DNA of 32,783 nucleotides from Christensenellales bacterium (GTDB lineage: Bacteria; Bacillota; Clostridia; Christensenellales; UBA1750), in contig JBNRMU010000050.1 of NCBI GenBank assembly GCA_050309765.1, forward strand, positions 1 to 32,783, written 5' to 3'. The position numbers and the translations under genes are program-made. Below, in pieces: positions 1-8,763 of the stretch. Every line of letters begins with the position of its first letter. The first letter of the stretch is position 1. The notes under the pieces were generated by a model. It was not told where the DNA came from and did no database searches. It saw only the letters and a program-made list of their open reading frames with translations.

Positions 1-2645
1 GCCCACACCTCGTTGATGGGCCAAAGGTGCTCGGGCTTTAAGAAGCGCTGCAGCGATTCCAGAGCCGGCACGTTGGGGATGCCGCGCTCACTGCGCAGCA
101 CCGAGGAGGAAACGTCGTCAAAGTACTGCTTGACGCCCTTGTCCGGGCCGGGGCCTGCCAGGGAATAGCCGCCGCCGCTGCCCACGGGCAGGCTGGCGGA
201 ATGGGGAAAATAGATGCGCGTGCCGTCCAGGCCCTGCGTCAGTTCCTCCAGGCCTTTGTTCAGCTCCTCGATGGGGTTGCCCTCGTTGCGGCCGCAGTAC
301 AGGGCAAGGGACGGATGGCTGCGCACCATGCGCACCTTGTCGGCGGCGTTTTCCAGGAACATGGCCCTGTCGTTGGGCTCCGGCCCGTCCACGGGGTTTG
401 CCAGCCAGAAATCGTCCCAGATCAGCACGCCGTACTTGTCGCAGGCGTCGTAAAAGCCGGGATGGCCCGTCATGCCCACCCAGTTGCGGATCATGGTCAT
501 GTTCTGCTCGGCGTGCAGGCGCACCTTATCGTCCAGCACGCGGGCCGTGTCGCGCTTCATACCGTCGTCAATGCCCCAGTTGCCGCCCTTGCACAGGATG
601 CGCACGCCGTTGCAGTACAGGGTGAGCAGCCCGCCGTCGATGGGATAATCAAAGCGCCTGACGCCAAAGCGGAAGCTCTTTTCGTCGCTGACCTCGCCCT
701 GGATCTTCACCTGCGCCTGAGCGGTATACAGGAACTGCTCCCCGTAGGTATTCGGCCACCAAAGCCTGGGCTTGGGCAGCAGGAAGGGCAGCTCCACCGG
801 CAGCGTTTCTCCGGCGGGGATCTCTATCGTGCAGCAGGCCGTTACATCGCCCGGCAAAACCTTTACACACAACTGGGCGCTTATGGGCTTATCGCCGCGG
901 TTTTTGATCTCCGTTTGGAAGGTCAGATCGGCTTTTTCGGTATCCAGTACATATTTATGCTCGACCGTCTGCTCCACCTGTTCCGGGCTTTGGGCGTAGG
1001 CAAGCAGCTCGCGGATGCGGGTATCCACCGGTTTGCCGTTTAATTCGCGCCGTTTTTGCACCGTAAACCTTAAGAAGCGCACCCGGTTTGGCATGAAGAA
1101 GGGCCTTTGCACCACGCCCCTGCCGAAGCGGGAAAGGTCCAGCGTCACCAGGGCCGTGCCTCCCTGTACGCTGTCGGCTAAGGAATCGCCGGCAAAACAC
1201 GCGCTGACGGGGTTTGCCTCCGCCTGCAGCTTGCCGAAGCGCCCGGCGTCCACCTCACCGCCCGGATAGGCGTCGAAATTCGTCCAAGTCTGTCCGTCGC
1301 AGGAAGTTTCCAGCGAAAACTGTTCCGGATGGCGGCTTTCCATATCGGCGGCCGCGCCGCCCGCCTCGCTGCCCCAGACCAGCGTGACCGTGCCCAGGGT
1401 GAGGGCCTCGCCTAAATCGACCACGAAGCCGTCGCCTTCCCCGCCCTGCCAGTCCTTGAGCGCTTCATTCTTTCCGTCGATGCGCACGCCACTTCTCAGC
1501 ATCAGGTTTTCGGCGGGAACGGCCACCTTTTCATCCAACAGGGCAAGGTGGGTCTGAATCCAGGGATCGACCAGCTCCGCAGCGCCGCTGTAGCTAATCG
1601 TCACGTCGCCGTAAATGCCGATGTCGCGCCCGCGGATGGTGGGCAGCCAGTCCCAGCCCACGGCCGCGTGCATGGTGGGGTTGTCCGCGCCCAGCAGTCC
1701 GCCGTTGGGTCCGGGGCCGAAGGCCAGGCCCTGGGTGGTGACAAGGCCCGGCGTCTCGTTTTTATAGATGTACACGGCAAGCTGGTTTTCGCCGCCGAAG
1801 ACCGCCAGATCCGTGATGTCGAACCTGGCGCGGATGAACGCGCCCTCGATGGAATGCTCGCGGCCTTGCAGGCTATTTTTAAGCCTTTGTCCGTTGAAAT
1901 ACACATCCGCCTTCCAGTTGATGGCCTGGAAGTTCAAATAGACCCGCCGGCCCTGCTTTTCAGCGGGAATGGCGAAGCGGTTGCGATACCAGAAATCGGC
2001 GGTAAAATACGCCTCGGAGATCTGGAACTGCCAGTCGTCGTAGTCGGGGTCGGGGATGGCGCCGGCGTTCAGGTAGGAGATAAGCGCCGTGCCGGGCACG
2101 GTCGCGGGCAGCCAGCCGCTGTCGTCGTACGCGGCGTCGGACAGGGCCGCGCCGTCGCCGTCCACCTGCTCCGCGCGGCAAATACGCCAATTGCCGCCGC
2201 TCAAAAGCTGTGTGCCGTCCGCCTGCGCGTCGGGCATTGGCGGCAGCGCATAGGCCAGGTCGTTATCGCCAAAGACCTCGATTTTGTAAACGACATAGTT
2301 CGCGCCGGAGCAGTCCCGGCACAGGAGCTTGACATAGCGGCCGCTTTGATGAACCGCCGTCTGCGTTTCCGTGTCCGCCGCCGCGCAGCCTGCGCCGGCA
2401 GACAGCCAATCCTTTCCGTCCGGAGAAACCAGCACCTCGTAGGCCCTGGCGAACGCCTCGCCCCAGCGGATAGAAACCGTCTCGATACGGGAAACGGTTC
2501 CAAGGTCTATGGTGATCCATTCTTCCCCGCTGCCGGCGCTGATCCAGGGCAGCTTGGAATCGAAGGTGGTCAGGTGGGCCGTGTGGTCGTAATCTTTGGC
2601 GCTGGAATGGTACGCAGCGCGGAATCTGGCGATGTCTCTCTTCAT
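1..2645 (-). CDS. Glycoside hydrolase family 2 protein (beta-mannosidase/exo-beta-glucosaminidase-like) with two F5/8 type C (discoidin/CBM32-like) domains; 3' end outside window
   Basis: Manual translation from ATG at 2645: MKRDIARFRAAYHSS...GEEWITIDLG...IRWGEAFARAYEVLVSPDGKDW (discoidin). Second discoidin FVVDLGEALTLGTVTLVWG...FSLETSCDGQTW...VRFLRFTV. GH2 barrel motifs MIRNWVG, FYDACDKYGVLIWDDFW, RSHPSLALYCGRNEG. Same frame at both ends, but not every codon was checked. Absent from the ORF track because there is no stop in the window. Confidence 0.85.
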   Translation of the reverse strand, partial: MKRDIARFRAAYHSSAKDYDHTAHLTTFDSKLPWISAGSGEEWITIDLGTVSRIETVSIRWGEAFARAYEVLVSPDGKDWLSAGAGCAAADTETQTAVHQSGRYVKLLCRDCSGANYVVYKIEVFGDNDLAYALPPMPDAQADGTQLLSGGNWRICRAEQVDGDGAALSDAAYDDSGWLPATVPGTALISYLNAGAIPDPDYDDWQFQISEAYFTADFWYRNRFAIPAEKQGRRVYLNFQAINWKADVYFNGQRLKNSLQGREHSIEGAFIRARFDITDLAVFGGENQLAVYIYKNETPGLVTTQGLAFGPGPNGGLLGADNPTMHAAVGWDWLPTIRGRDIGIYGDVTISYSGAAELVDPWIQTHLALLDEKVAVPAENLMLRSGVRIDGKNEALKDWQGGEGDGFVVDLGEALTLGTVTLVWGSEAGGAAADMESRHPEQFSLETSCDGQTWTNFDAYPGGEVDAGRFGKLQAEANPVSACFAGDSLADSVQGGTALVTLDLSRFGRGVVQRPFFMPNRVRFLRFTVQKRRELNGKPVDTRIRELLAYAQSPEQVEQTVEHKYVLDTEKADLTFQTEIKNRGDKPISAQLCVKVLPGDVTACCTIEIPAGETLPVELPFLLPKPRLWWPNTYGEQFLYTAQAQVKIQGEVSDEKSFRFGVRRFDYPIDGGLLTLYCNGVRILCKGGNWGIDDGMKRDTARVLDDKVRLHAEQNMTMIRNWVGMTGHPGFYDACDKYGVLIWDDFWLANPVDGPEPNDRAMFLENAADKVRMVRSHPSLALYCGRNEGNPIEELNKGLEELTQGLDGTRIYFPHSASLPVGSGGGYSLAGPGPDKGVKQYFDDVSSSVLRSERGIPNVPALESLQRFLKPEHLWPINEVW

Positions 2646-2732
2646 CCTGTCAAACCCTCTTTTTTGCGGCGTTTTGTGGTCCTGCCGCCCGCTTTGTATG
2701 GGTGGCAGAGTTCTAAATCTGTTCTTAACATT

Positions 2733-2762
2733 TTTATACCATAGACAAAAGGTCCTGTGCAA
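2733..2762 (-). promoter_or_regulatory. Putative sigma-A promoter of the GH2 gene
   Basis: Minus strand TTGCAC-N18-TATAAA with TG extension (TGGTATAAA). Confidence 0.4.
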
Positions 2763-2844
2763 GACGAAATTATGGCAAAGTATCGGCCTTGCCTTTGATT
2801 TGGATGCGGCTAAAGTATCGTCAGGAAAAAACATTAGTTTTTGT

Positions 2845-2873
2845 TTTACAAAGCGCCTTTACTCTGTTATGAT
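2845..2873 (+). promoter_or_regulatory. Sigma-A promoter of the esterase pair
   Basis: TTTACA-N17-TATGAT with extended -10 (TGnTATGAT); AAAGGAG RBS downstream. Confidence 0.65.
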
Positions 2874-2918
2874 GAAAAGGTAAAAACTTGAACACGCAAG
2901 CGAGAAAGGAGTCTTAGT

Positions 2919-3719
2919 ATGGCGTATGCCCGACTGACCTTCACGTCGGAAAAACTGCACGGAAACACAGACGTTTCCGTCTTCCTGCCCGCGGCGCCCA
3001 GCGGCGGCGGCTGGGGACGCAACATTTCCAAGGCCTCCTACAACAAGGACGAGGTTTACCAGGTTCTATGGCTGATCCACGGCGGCGGGGACGATTACAC
3101 CGCCTGGGCGCTGGACGCCATGGTGCAGCGTGCCTGCGATGCGGCCAAACTCGTGGTCATCATGCCCACCATCCAGGACCCGTCCGGCCATGACCCCATG
3201 GTGGACACCATGGGCTACATCACCGAGGAACTGCCTGAGGTTATGGGCTTTTTGTTCCCCATCTCCAGCAGGCGGCAGGATAACTTCATCGCCGGCCTTT
3301 CCTACGGCGGCTACTGCGCTTATCGCTGCGCGATGACCCGTCCCGACCTGTACGCGTGCGTGGGCTCCTTCTCCAGCCCCCTGGATGTGGCTGAGGATGT
3401 GCGCAGGCTGCATGCCAACGACCCGCGCTTTGGCGGCGGGGACACCATCACCGGCACCGACCGCGACCTGCTTTACCTCACCTCGCAGCTCAAGGAAAAG
3501 GGCATCGAAATCCCCAAAACCTTCCAGACGGTGGGCACCGAAGACTTTACCTGGGACTTCAACGTAGTGGCACGGGATCATTTCGTAAAGCTGGGCATGG
3601 ACCACACCTTCATCCAGCGGCCGGGCACCCACAACTTTGAATTCTGGGATGGGGCTCTGAAGGATTATCTGGAGTGGCTCCCGCTCACCAAAGCCCCCGT
3701 TAGAAAGGAGAGGTTCTGA
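2919..3719 (+). CDS. Alpha/beta-hydrolase esterase (FrmB/tributyrin esterase/CE1-like family)
   Basis: LWLIHGGGDD, nucleophile elbow GLSYGG, Asp in GTEDF, His in GTHNFEFW; RBS AAAGGAG. Confidence 0.9.
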   Translation: MAYARLTFTSEKLHGNTDVSVFLPAAPSGGGWGRNISKASYNKDEVYQVLWLIHGGGDDYTAWALDAMVQRACDAAKLVVIMPTIQDPSGHDPMVDTMGYITEELPEVMGFLFPISSRRQDNFIAGLSYGGYCAYRCAMTRPDLYACVGSFSSPLDVAEDVRRLHANDPRFGGGDTITGTDRDLLYLTSQLKEKGIEIPKTFQTVGTEDFTWDFNVVARDHFVKLGMDHTFIQRPGTHNFEFWDGALKDYLEWLPLTKAPVRKERF

Positions 3720-4495
3720 TGGCACGCTTGCAGATACACACCGGTCTTCCCGACGTTTCCCTGGATGTGATCATCCCCGAATACGCGCGCAGTCAAAAGG
3801 CTAAGGAAGCCGGACTTAGCGCAAAGGAATACTACGCCAAGCAAAACCTGCCGGTGCTTTGGCTTTTGCACGGCGGCCTTGGCAACGCCACGGACTGGCC
3901 CCGGTATACCATGATCGAGCTGTATGCCGAGGAAAAGGGCCTCATCGTGGTATGCCCCACGGGCAACAACGGCTGCTGGGTCAACCAGGTAGCCGGCCCC
4001 GCCTGGGAGGATCTTTTGACCGAGCGGATCTGGGAATTTGTGCACTCCATGTTCCCGACCTCCGACGATCCTAAGGATAACTACATCGCCGGGCTTTCGA
4101 TGGGCGGCTACGGCGCCCTGCGCATCGGCCTTAGGCATCCGGAGCGCTATTCCCGCATCGGCTCCTTCTCCTCGGGCATCGGCATCGCCCAGGAGTATGT
4201 GGCCGGCACCTTCCGCATGCCCGGGAGCGAAAGCATCTTCGGCGATCCCAACAAGGTGATCGGCAGCGAATACGACGGCTTCGCCGCCGCCGAGGTCCGC
4301 AAGCAGAGCAAAGCGCCCCTGCCGCCGATCTATCTTTCCTGCGGAACAGAGGACCGCCTGTACAAGGTCAACGCCGAGTACCGCGATCATCTGCTCAATC
4401 TCGGCTACGACGTGACCTGGGACGAGGGCCCCTACGGCCACGAATGGCGCTTCTGGGATCAACAGGTGGAGAAGTTCATCCAAACGCTTCCGTAA
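3719..4495 (+). CDS. Alpha/beta-hydrolase esterase (FrmB/tributyrin esterase/CE1-like family), second paralog
   Basis: PVLWLLHGGLG, GLSMGGYGA, CGTEDRL, GHEWRFWD; TGATG overlap with the upstream gene; RBS AAAGGAGAGG. Confidence 0.92.
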   Translation: MARLQIHTGLPDVSLDVIIPEYARSQKAKEAGLSAKEYYAKQNLPVLWLLHGGLGNATDWPRYTMIELYAEEKGLIVVCPTGNNGCWVNQVAGPAWEDLLTERIWEFVHSMFPTSDDPKDNYIAGLSMGGYGALRIGLRHPERYSRIGSFSSGIGIAQEYVAGTFRMPGSESIFGDPNKVIGSEYDGFAAAEVRKQSKAPLPPIYLSCGTEDRLYKVNAEYRDHLLNLGYDVTWDEGPYGHEWRFWDQQVEKFIQTLP

Positions 4496-4513
4496 ACCCC
4501 AAACGCACAAGCC

Positions 4514-4546
4514 AGCCCGTCGGTCGAAATCGGCCGGCGGGTTTTT
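4514..4546 (+). terminator. Intrinsic terminator after the esterase pair
   Basis: CCCGTCGGTCGA/TCGGCCGGCGGG stem (with G-U pairs) followed by TTTTT. Confidence 0.75.
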
Positions 4547-4651
4547 CTCTGGTGCTGCGGCGTATGAATCCACAGACGCAAAACAAATCCGTGCCATTTT
4601 CCCGCAAAAAAAGCGAATTTTTTTGAATTGGGTCAAAAAACGGCCTTATTT

Positions 4652-4684
4652 GTTGGTATGGCGTTGGTATGCATGTGGTACACT
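4652..4684 (+). promoter_or_regulatory. Extended -10 promoter with a direct repeat over the -35 region
   Basis: TGGTACACT at 4676-4684; GTTGGTATG repeated at 4652-4660 and 4663-4671 (11-bp period). Confidence 0.45.
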
Positions 4685-4689
4685 AAGCA

Positions 4690-4797
4690 TGCAGTAACCG
4701 AAAAGTGGATTAAGGAAAAGCCCGCGCCCTTCGGATGGATCGGCTCCGAAGGGCTGGGCGTGTGTTTGGGCGCGCGAAATGCGCGTCTTTTGTTTTT
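4690..4797 (+). ncRNA. Candidate ~105-nt small RNA (A-rich 5' part, long hairpin, terminator)
   Basis: Follows the extended -10. Hairpin GCCCTTCGGA/TCCGAAGGGC (4726-4754) with outer GCCC/GGGC. Terminator GGGCGCGC-GAAAT-GCGCGTCT then TTTGTTTTT. No convincing ORF. Confidence 0.4.
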
Positions 4798-4844
4798 GAA
4801 CATGTTGGCTTCCGTTTCTTAACCTCTCCTTTCCCCCGCCTTGC

Positions 4845-4873
4845 TTTACAGAAGAGGCCAAATATGCTAAAAT
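4845..4873 (+). promoter_or_regulatory. Sigma-A promoter of the radical SAM gene
   Basis: TTTACA-N17-TAAAAT with TG extension. Confidence 0.65.
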
Positions 4874-4905
4874 AGCGGAAAATTTGCATAAGGAGTAACG
4901 CTTTT

Positions 4906-6048
4906 ATGTCCAAAGACGTATTCGAGCTTGGTCCCATTCGCCCCACCAGCGAAGCCGCCAGCCTTTTGATCCGCGTGACCAGGGGCTGCGCCTGGAATAG
5001 ATGCCGCTTCTGCAACAACTACCGCACGGAAACCTTCTGCCTGCGCCCGATCGAAACCCTCAAGAGCGAGATCGATATGATGGCGCGCTACCGCGACCGC
5101 ATCCTAAAGCACCGCGACAGCTCCGGCGAGTTCGATATGGACGAAATCAACCGCGAGTATTCCTCCCTTTCGCCCGAGGAGCGCCAGTGCTACGCCATGT
5201 TGTACAACTGGATCAACTACGGCGAGTATTCCATTTTCCTGCAGGACGCCGACGCCATGATCCTGAAGGCCCCCGATCTGGCCGAGGTCATCCGCTATAT
5301 CCGCAAGCAGTTGCCCGAAACCACCCGCATCACCTCCTACGGCCGTCCCGATACCCTGGGCCGCATCACGCCCGAGGGCTATGCGGAGCTTAAGGAGGCC
5401 GGTCTTGGCCGCATCCACGCCGGGTTTGAGACCGGCTCCGACATCGTGCTTGAGCGCATCCAGAAGGGCTGCACCAGCGAGCAGCAGATCGTCGGCGGCC
5501 GCAACGTCATGCAGGCCGGCATCGAGCTTTCCACCTTCCTCATGGCCGGCATCGGCGGCAAAAAGCTCAGCGACCATAACGCCGACGAGACCGCCCGCGT
5601 CATCAACGCCGTCAACCCCAGCTTCGTGCGCCTGCGCACCGCCGTGGTCATCAAGGGCACGCCCCTGTGGGAGGACCAGCAAAACGGCCTGTTCGACGAG
5701 TGCACCGATATGGAGCAGTTCCTGGAAATGCGCCGCTTCCTCACCAAGGTGGAGGGCTGCACCGGCAATGTGTACACCGACCACATGATCAACCTCATGC
5801 AGGAGCTGGAAGGCCCCCTGACCGACACCGCCTCCCTGATCGCCTATATGGACGAGTTCCTGGCCCAGGATCCCCATGAGATCCGCCGCTACCAGCTGGC
5901 CAAGCGCCTGGGCTTCAACGGCACCTGGAAGCAGATGAACCTTTTGAGCAAAAAGGACAGCGACATGCTGGACGATACCTGCCGCCGCGTGCCCGAAGGC
6001 CCCGAATGGGAAAAGCTCATGAAGGACTGCCTGCGCAGATACATCTAA
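4906..6048 (+). CDS. Radical SAM protein, function unknown
   Basis: CxxxCxxC (CAWNRCRFC) after GPIRPTSEAASLLIRVTRG; IFLQDAD, IHAGFETGS core motifs; RBS AAGGAG. Confidence 0.9.
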   Translation: MSKDVFELGPIRPTSEAASLLIRVTRGCAWNRCRFCNNYRTETFCLRPIETLKSEIDMMARYRDRILKHRDSSGEFDMDEINREYSSLSPEERQCYAMLYNWINYGEYSIFLQDADAMILKAPDLAEVIRYIRKQLPETTRITSYGRPDTLGRITPEGYAELKEAGLGRIHAGFETGSDIVLERIQKGCTSEQQIVGGRNVMQAGIELSTFLMAGIGGKKLSDHNADETARVINAVNPSFVRLRTAVVIKGTPLWEDQQNGLFDECTDMEQFLEMRRFLTKVEGCTGNVYTDHMINLMQELEGPLTDTASLIAYMDEFLAQDPHEIRRYQLAKRLGFNGTWKQMNLLSKKDSDMLDDTCRRVPEGPEWEKLMKDCLRRYI

Positions 6049-6069
6049 ACCGCTTACATAGTTTATAAC

Positions 6070-6102
6070 GACGCGGAAGTTCATGCTTTCCGCGTCTTTT
6101 TT
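6070..6102 (+). terminator. Intrinsic terminator
   Basis: GACGCGGAAG/TTTCCGCGTC stem + TTTTTT. Confidence 0.8.
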
Positions 6103-6119
6103 GTGTCTTTGGCCAAAGC

Positions 6120-6161
6120 CCGTCAAAGGCGCTTGACGGCGGTTTTTGCCTTCAGTACAAT
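6120..6161 (+). promoter_or_regulatory. Sigma-A promoter of the GH42 gene with an inverted repeat overlapping -35
   Basis: TTGACG(6133-6138)-N17-TACAAT(6156-6161); CCGTCAA-N6-TTGACGG palindrome at 6120-6139. Confidence 0.7.
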
Positions 6162-6202
6162 AAAATAAAAGCTATGATTTTTTCTTACAGGAGGTAATCG
6201 CC

Positions 6203-8203
6203 ATGCCCAGCCTGCATCTGCCCTATCTCGCCCACGGCGGCGACTACAACCCCGACCAGTGGCGCGACCGCCCCGATATCCTGCAGGAGGACATCCGCCT
6301 GATGAAGCTGGCGGGCTGCAACCTGATGAGCGTCGGCATCTTCGCCTGGGCCGCGCTGGAGCCGCGCGAGGGCGAATACGACTTCGACTGGCTGGAAGAG
6401 GTGCTGGATAACCTGCACGCGGCGGGCATCGGCGTGTTCCTTGCCACGCCCAGCGGCGCACGTCCTGCCTGGATGGACGCAAAATATCCCGAGGTCATGC
6501 GCGTGAACCGTTCCGGCCAGCGCAACCTGCACGGCGGGCGGCACAACCACTGCATGACGTCACCGGTGTACCGCGCCTTCGTCACGCGGATGAACCTGGC
6601 CCTGGCCTCGCGTTTCGGCAGCCATCCGGCAGTCAAGGGCTGGCACATCTCCAACGAATACAGCGGCGAATGCCACTGCGAGTACTGCCAGGAGGCCTTC
6701 CGCAGCTATTTGAAGCAGCGCTACGGCACGCTGGATCAGCTCAACCATGCCTGGTGGACGGCGTTCTGGAGCAAGACCTACACCGACTGGAGCCAACTGC
6801 ACAGCCCCATGCCCCACGGGGAAACCAGCATCCACGGCCTGAACCTGGCCTGGAAGCGCTTTGTCACTTATCAGACGGCAGACTTTATGCGCATGGAGGC
6901 CGTGCACATCCGCAGGCTCACGCCGGAGCTTCCCATCACCGCCAACCTGATGGATATCTTCGACGGTCTGGATTACTTCGCCCTGGCCAGGGAAATGGAC
7001 TTTGCCAGCTTTGACAACTATCCTCGCTGGGGGTACGACGATTCGCAGGCGTCCCTGCGCGCGGCCTTCAATTACGACTGGATGCGCTCGCTCAAGCAGC
7101 GGCCCTTTGCCCTGATGGAATCCACCCCCAGCCAGGTGAACTGGGCCGAGGTCTGCAAGCTGAAAAAGCCGGGCATGCACGTGCTGTCCAGCCTGCAGGC
7201 GGTGGCGCACGGTGCGGACACCGTGCAGTATTTCCAGTGGCGCAAGAGCCGCGGCGCCAGCGAAAAATTCCACGGCGCCGTAGTGGATCACGTGGGGCAC
7301 GAGCACACCCGCGTTTTTGGCGACGTGCAGGCCGTGGGCGAACTGCTGCAAAAGCTGCAGGGCACGCAGGGCACCATGGTGAAGGCGCAGGCGGCCCTGA
7401 TCTACGACACGGAGAACCGCTGGGCGCTGGAGGACGCGCAGGGCCCGCGCAGGGAAAAGCACTATCTGGAAACCGTGCTGGAGCACTACCGCGCCTTAAA
7501 AGCCCTGGGCCTGGATGTGGACGTGATCGACGAAAGCTGCGATTTCTCGCAATATAAGCTGATCGCCGCGCCCATGCTCTACATGCTGCGCCCGAGCTGC
7601 GCCGAGCGCCTGGCCCAGTTTGTGCGCGGCGGCGGCACGCTGGTGTGCACCTGCCTCACCGGCCGCGTGGACGAGGACGACCTGGTGTTCCTGGGCGGCT
7701 TCCCGGGGCCCCTGCGCGACGTGCTGGGCATCTGGATCGAGGAGACCGACGCCCTGTACGACGACGAACAAAACGGCATCAGCCTGAACGGCCAGACCTA
7801 CGCCTGCAGGGATATGTGCGATCTGATCCACGCCGAAGGCGCGCAGGTGCTGGGCAGCTACGCAAGCGACTTTTATGCCGGCGAGCCCTGCGTGACGGTA
7901 AACAGCTACGGCAAGGGCAAGGCCTATTACATCGCCTCGCGGCCGGACATGGCGCTGCTGGAAGGGCTCTACGATGGGCTGTCCGCACAGGCGGGCGTGT
8001 ATCGGCCCATCGCAAACCTGCCCAGGGACGTGCAGGTCACCTGCCGCGGCAAGCGCCTGTTCGTATTGAACTTCTCCGGCAAGGAGGTTGCTGTAACACT
8101 GCCCGCGGGGACGGACGTGCTGCTGGGCGAGCCGGTGGAAGGCCCGATCTCCCTGCCTGTCTGCGGTTACCGCGTAATAGAGCTGAAAGACGCCGCAGAA
8201 TAA
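6203..8203 (+). CDS. Beta-galactosidase, glycoside hydrolase family 42
   Basis: GGDYNPDQW, GIFAWAALEP, WHISNEY (acid/base), Zn motif CHCEYC, LMESTPS (nucleophile), YFQWRKSRGASEKFHGA; RBS AGGAGG. Confidence 0.96.
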   Translation: MPSLHLPYLAHGGDYNPDQWRDRPDILQEDIRLMKLAGCNLMSVGIFAWAALEPREGEYDFDWLEEVLDNLHAAGIGVFLATPSGARPAWMDAKYPEVMRVNRSGQRNLHGGRHNHCMTSPVYRAFVTRMNLALASRFGSHPAVKGWHISNEYSGECHCEYCQEAFRSYLKQRYGTLDQLNHAWWTAFWSKTYTDWSQLHSPMPHGETSIHGLNLAWKRFVTYQTADFMRMEAVHIRRLTPELPITANLMDIFDGLDYFALAREMDFASFDNYPRWGYDDSQASLRAAFNYDWMRSLKQRPFALMESTPSQVNWAEVCKLKKPGMHVLSSLQAVAHGADTVQYFQWRKSRGASEKFHGAVVDHVGHEHTRVFGDVQAVGELLQKLQGTQGTMVKAQAALIYDTENRWALEDAQGPRREKHYLETVLEHYRALKALGLDVDVIDESCDFSQYKLIAAPMLYMLRPSCAERLAQFVRGGGTLVCTCLTGRVDEDDLVFLGGFPGPLRDVLGIWIEETDALYDDEQNGISLNGQTYACRDMCDLIHAEGAQVLGSYASDFYAGEPCVTVNSYGKGKAYYIASRPDMALLEGLYDGLSAQAGVYRPIANLPRDVQVTCRGKRLFVLNFSGKEVAVTLPAGTDVLLGEPVEGPISLPVCGYRVIELKDAAE

Positions 8204-8227
8204 CCCTTTCCACAAATCAATCCACCT

Positions 8228-8260
8228 GGAAAAGCCGCTGCCCGCGGCTTTTCCTTTTTT
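8228..8260 (+). terminator. Intrinsic terminator
   Basis: GGAAAAGCCGC/GCGGCTTTTCC stem + TTTTTT. Confidence 0.75.
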
Positions 8261-8344
8261 GCGGAGGACAGGCGGCAAAGAGGTCCTTCTTTGTGGTATA
8301 CTGTGTGCAAAACACACAGGCGCTTTGGCAAAGGGGGGACGCGC

Positions 8345-8731
8345 ATGCAGGATTTGAGCCTGGACGAGCTGCAGTTTTTCGACGGCCATGCGCCGGCCTT
8401 TCCGCTGTATCTGTGCCTGCGTCAAGCGCTGCTGGATCGCGCTGTGCCGTTTGAAATACGAACGCACAAGACGCAGATCTCGTTTTATTGTCGATACCTG
8501 TTCGCGGCGGCGTCCTTTTTGCCCGTGCGCAAGCGCGGGGAAAGGCCCGACCCCTTCCTGACCATCAGCTTCGGCCTGCCGGAAAGGCTCTGCTCATCGC
8601 GCATCGATGCGGCCGTGGAAGCGTATTCCGGGCGCTGGACGCACCATGTAACGATCGGCTCCGCGGAAGAGATCGATGCGCAGCTGCTGGCCTGGCTTTT
8701 GCAGGCCGCCGCGTTTGCCTTAAGCAAATGA
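8345..8731 (+). CDS. DUF5655-like small protein
   Basis: Start moved to ATG 8345 (RBS AAGGGGG; extended -10 TGGTATACT at 8294-8302). Motifs KTQISFY, GRWTHHVTI, EIDAQLLAWL resemble the DUF5655/YjbR-like family. Confidence 0.65.
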   Translation: MQDLSLDELQFFDGHAPAFPLYLCLRQALLDRAVPFEIRTHKTQISFYCRYLFAAASFLPVRKRGERPDPFLTISFGLPERLCSSRIDAAVEAYSGRWTHHVTIGSAEEIDAQLLAWLLQAAAFALSK

Positions 8732-8763
8732 GCCTTGCGCCATCAAAAAAAGGAGGTTTGCCT

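Noticed and set aside
201-2744. Plus-strand ORFs 201-1043 and 1548-2744
   Set aside because: Antisense shadows in register with the GH2 gene; no motifs or RBS
4633-4803. 56-codon minus-strand ORF behind an AAAGGAGAGG sequence
   Set aside because: SD-to-ATG spacing of about 17 nt is too long, with no promoter or protein features; plus-strand sRNA signals explain the region better
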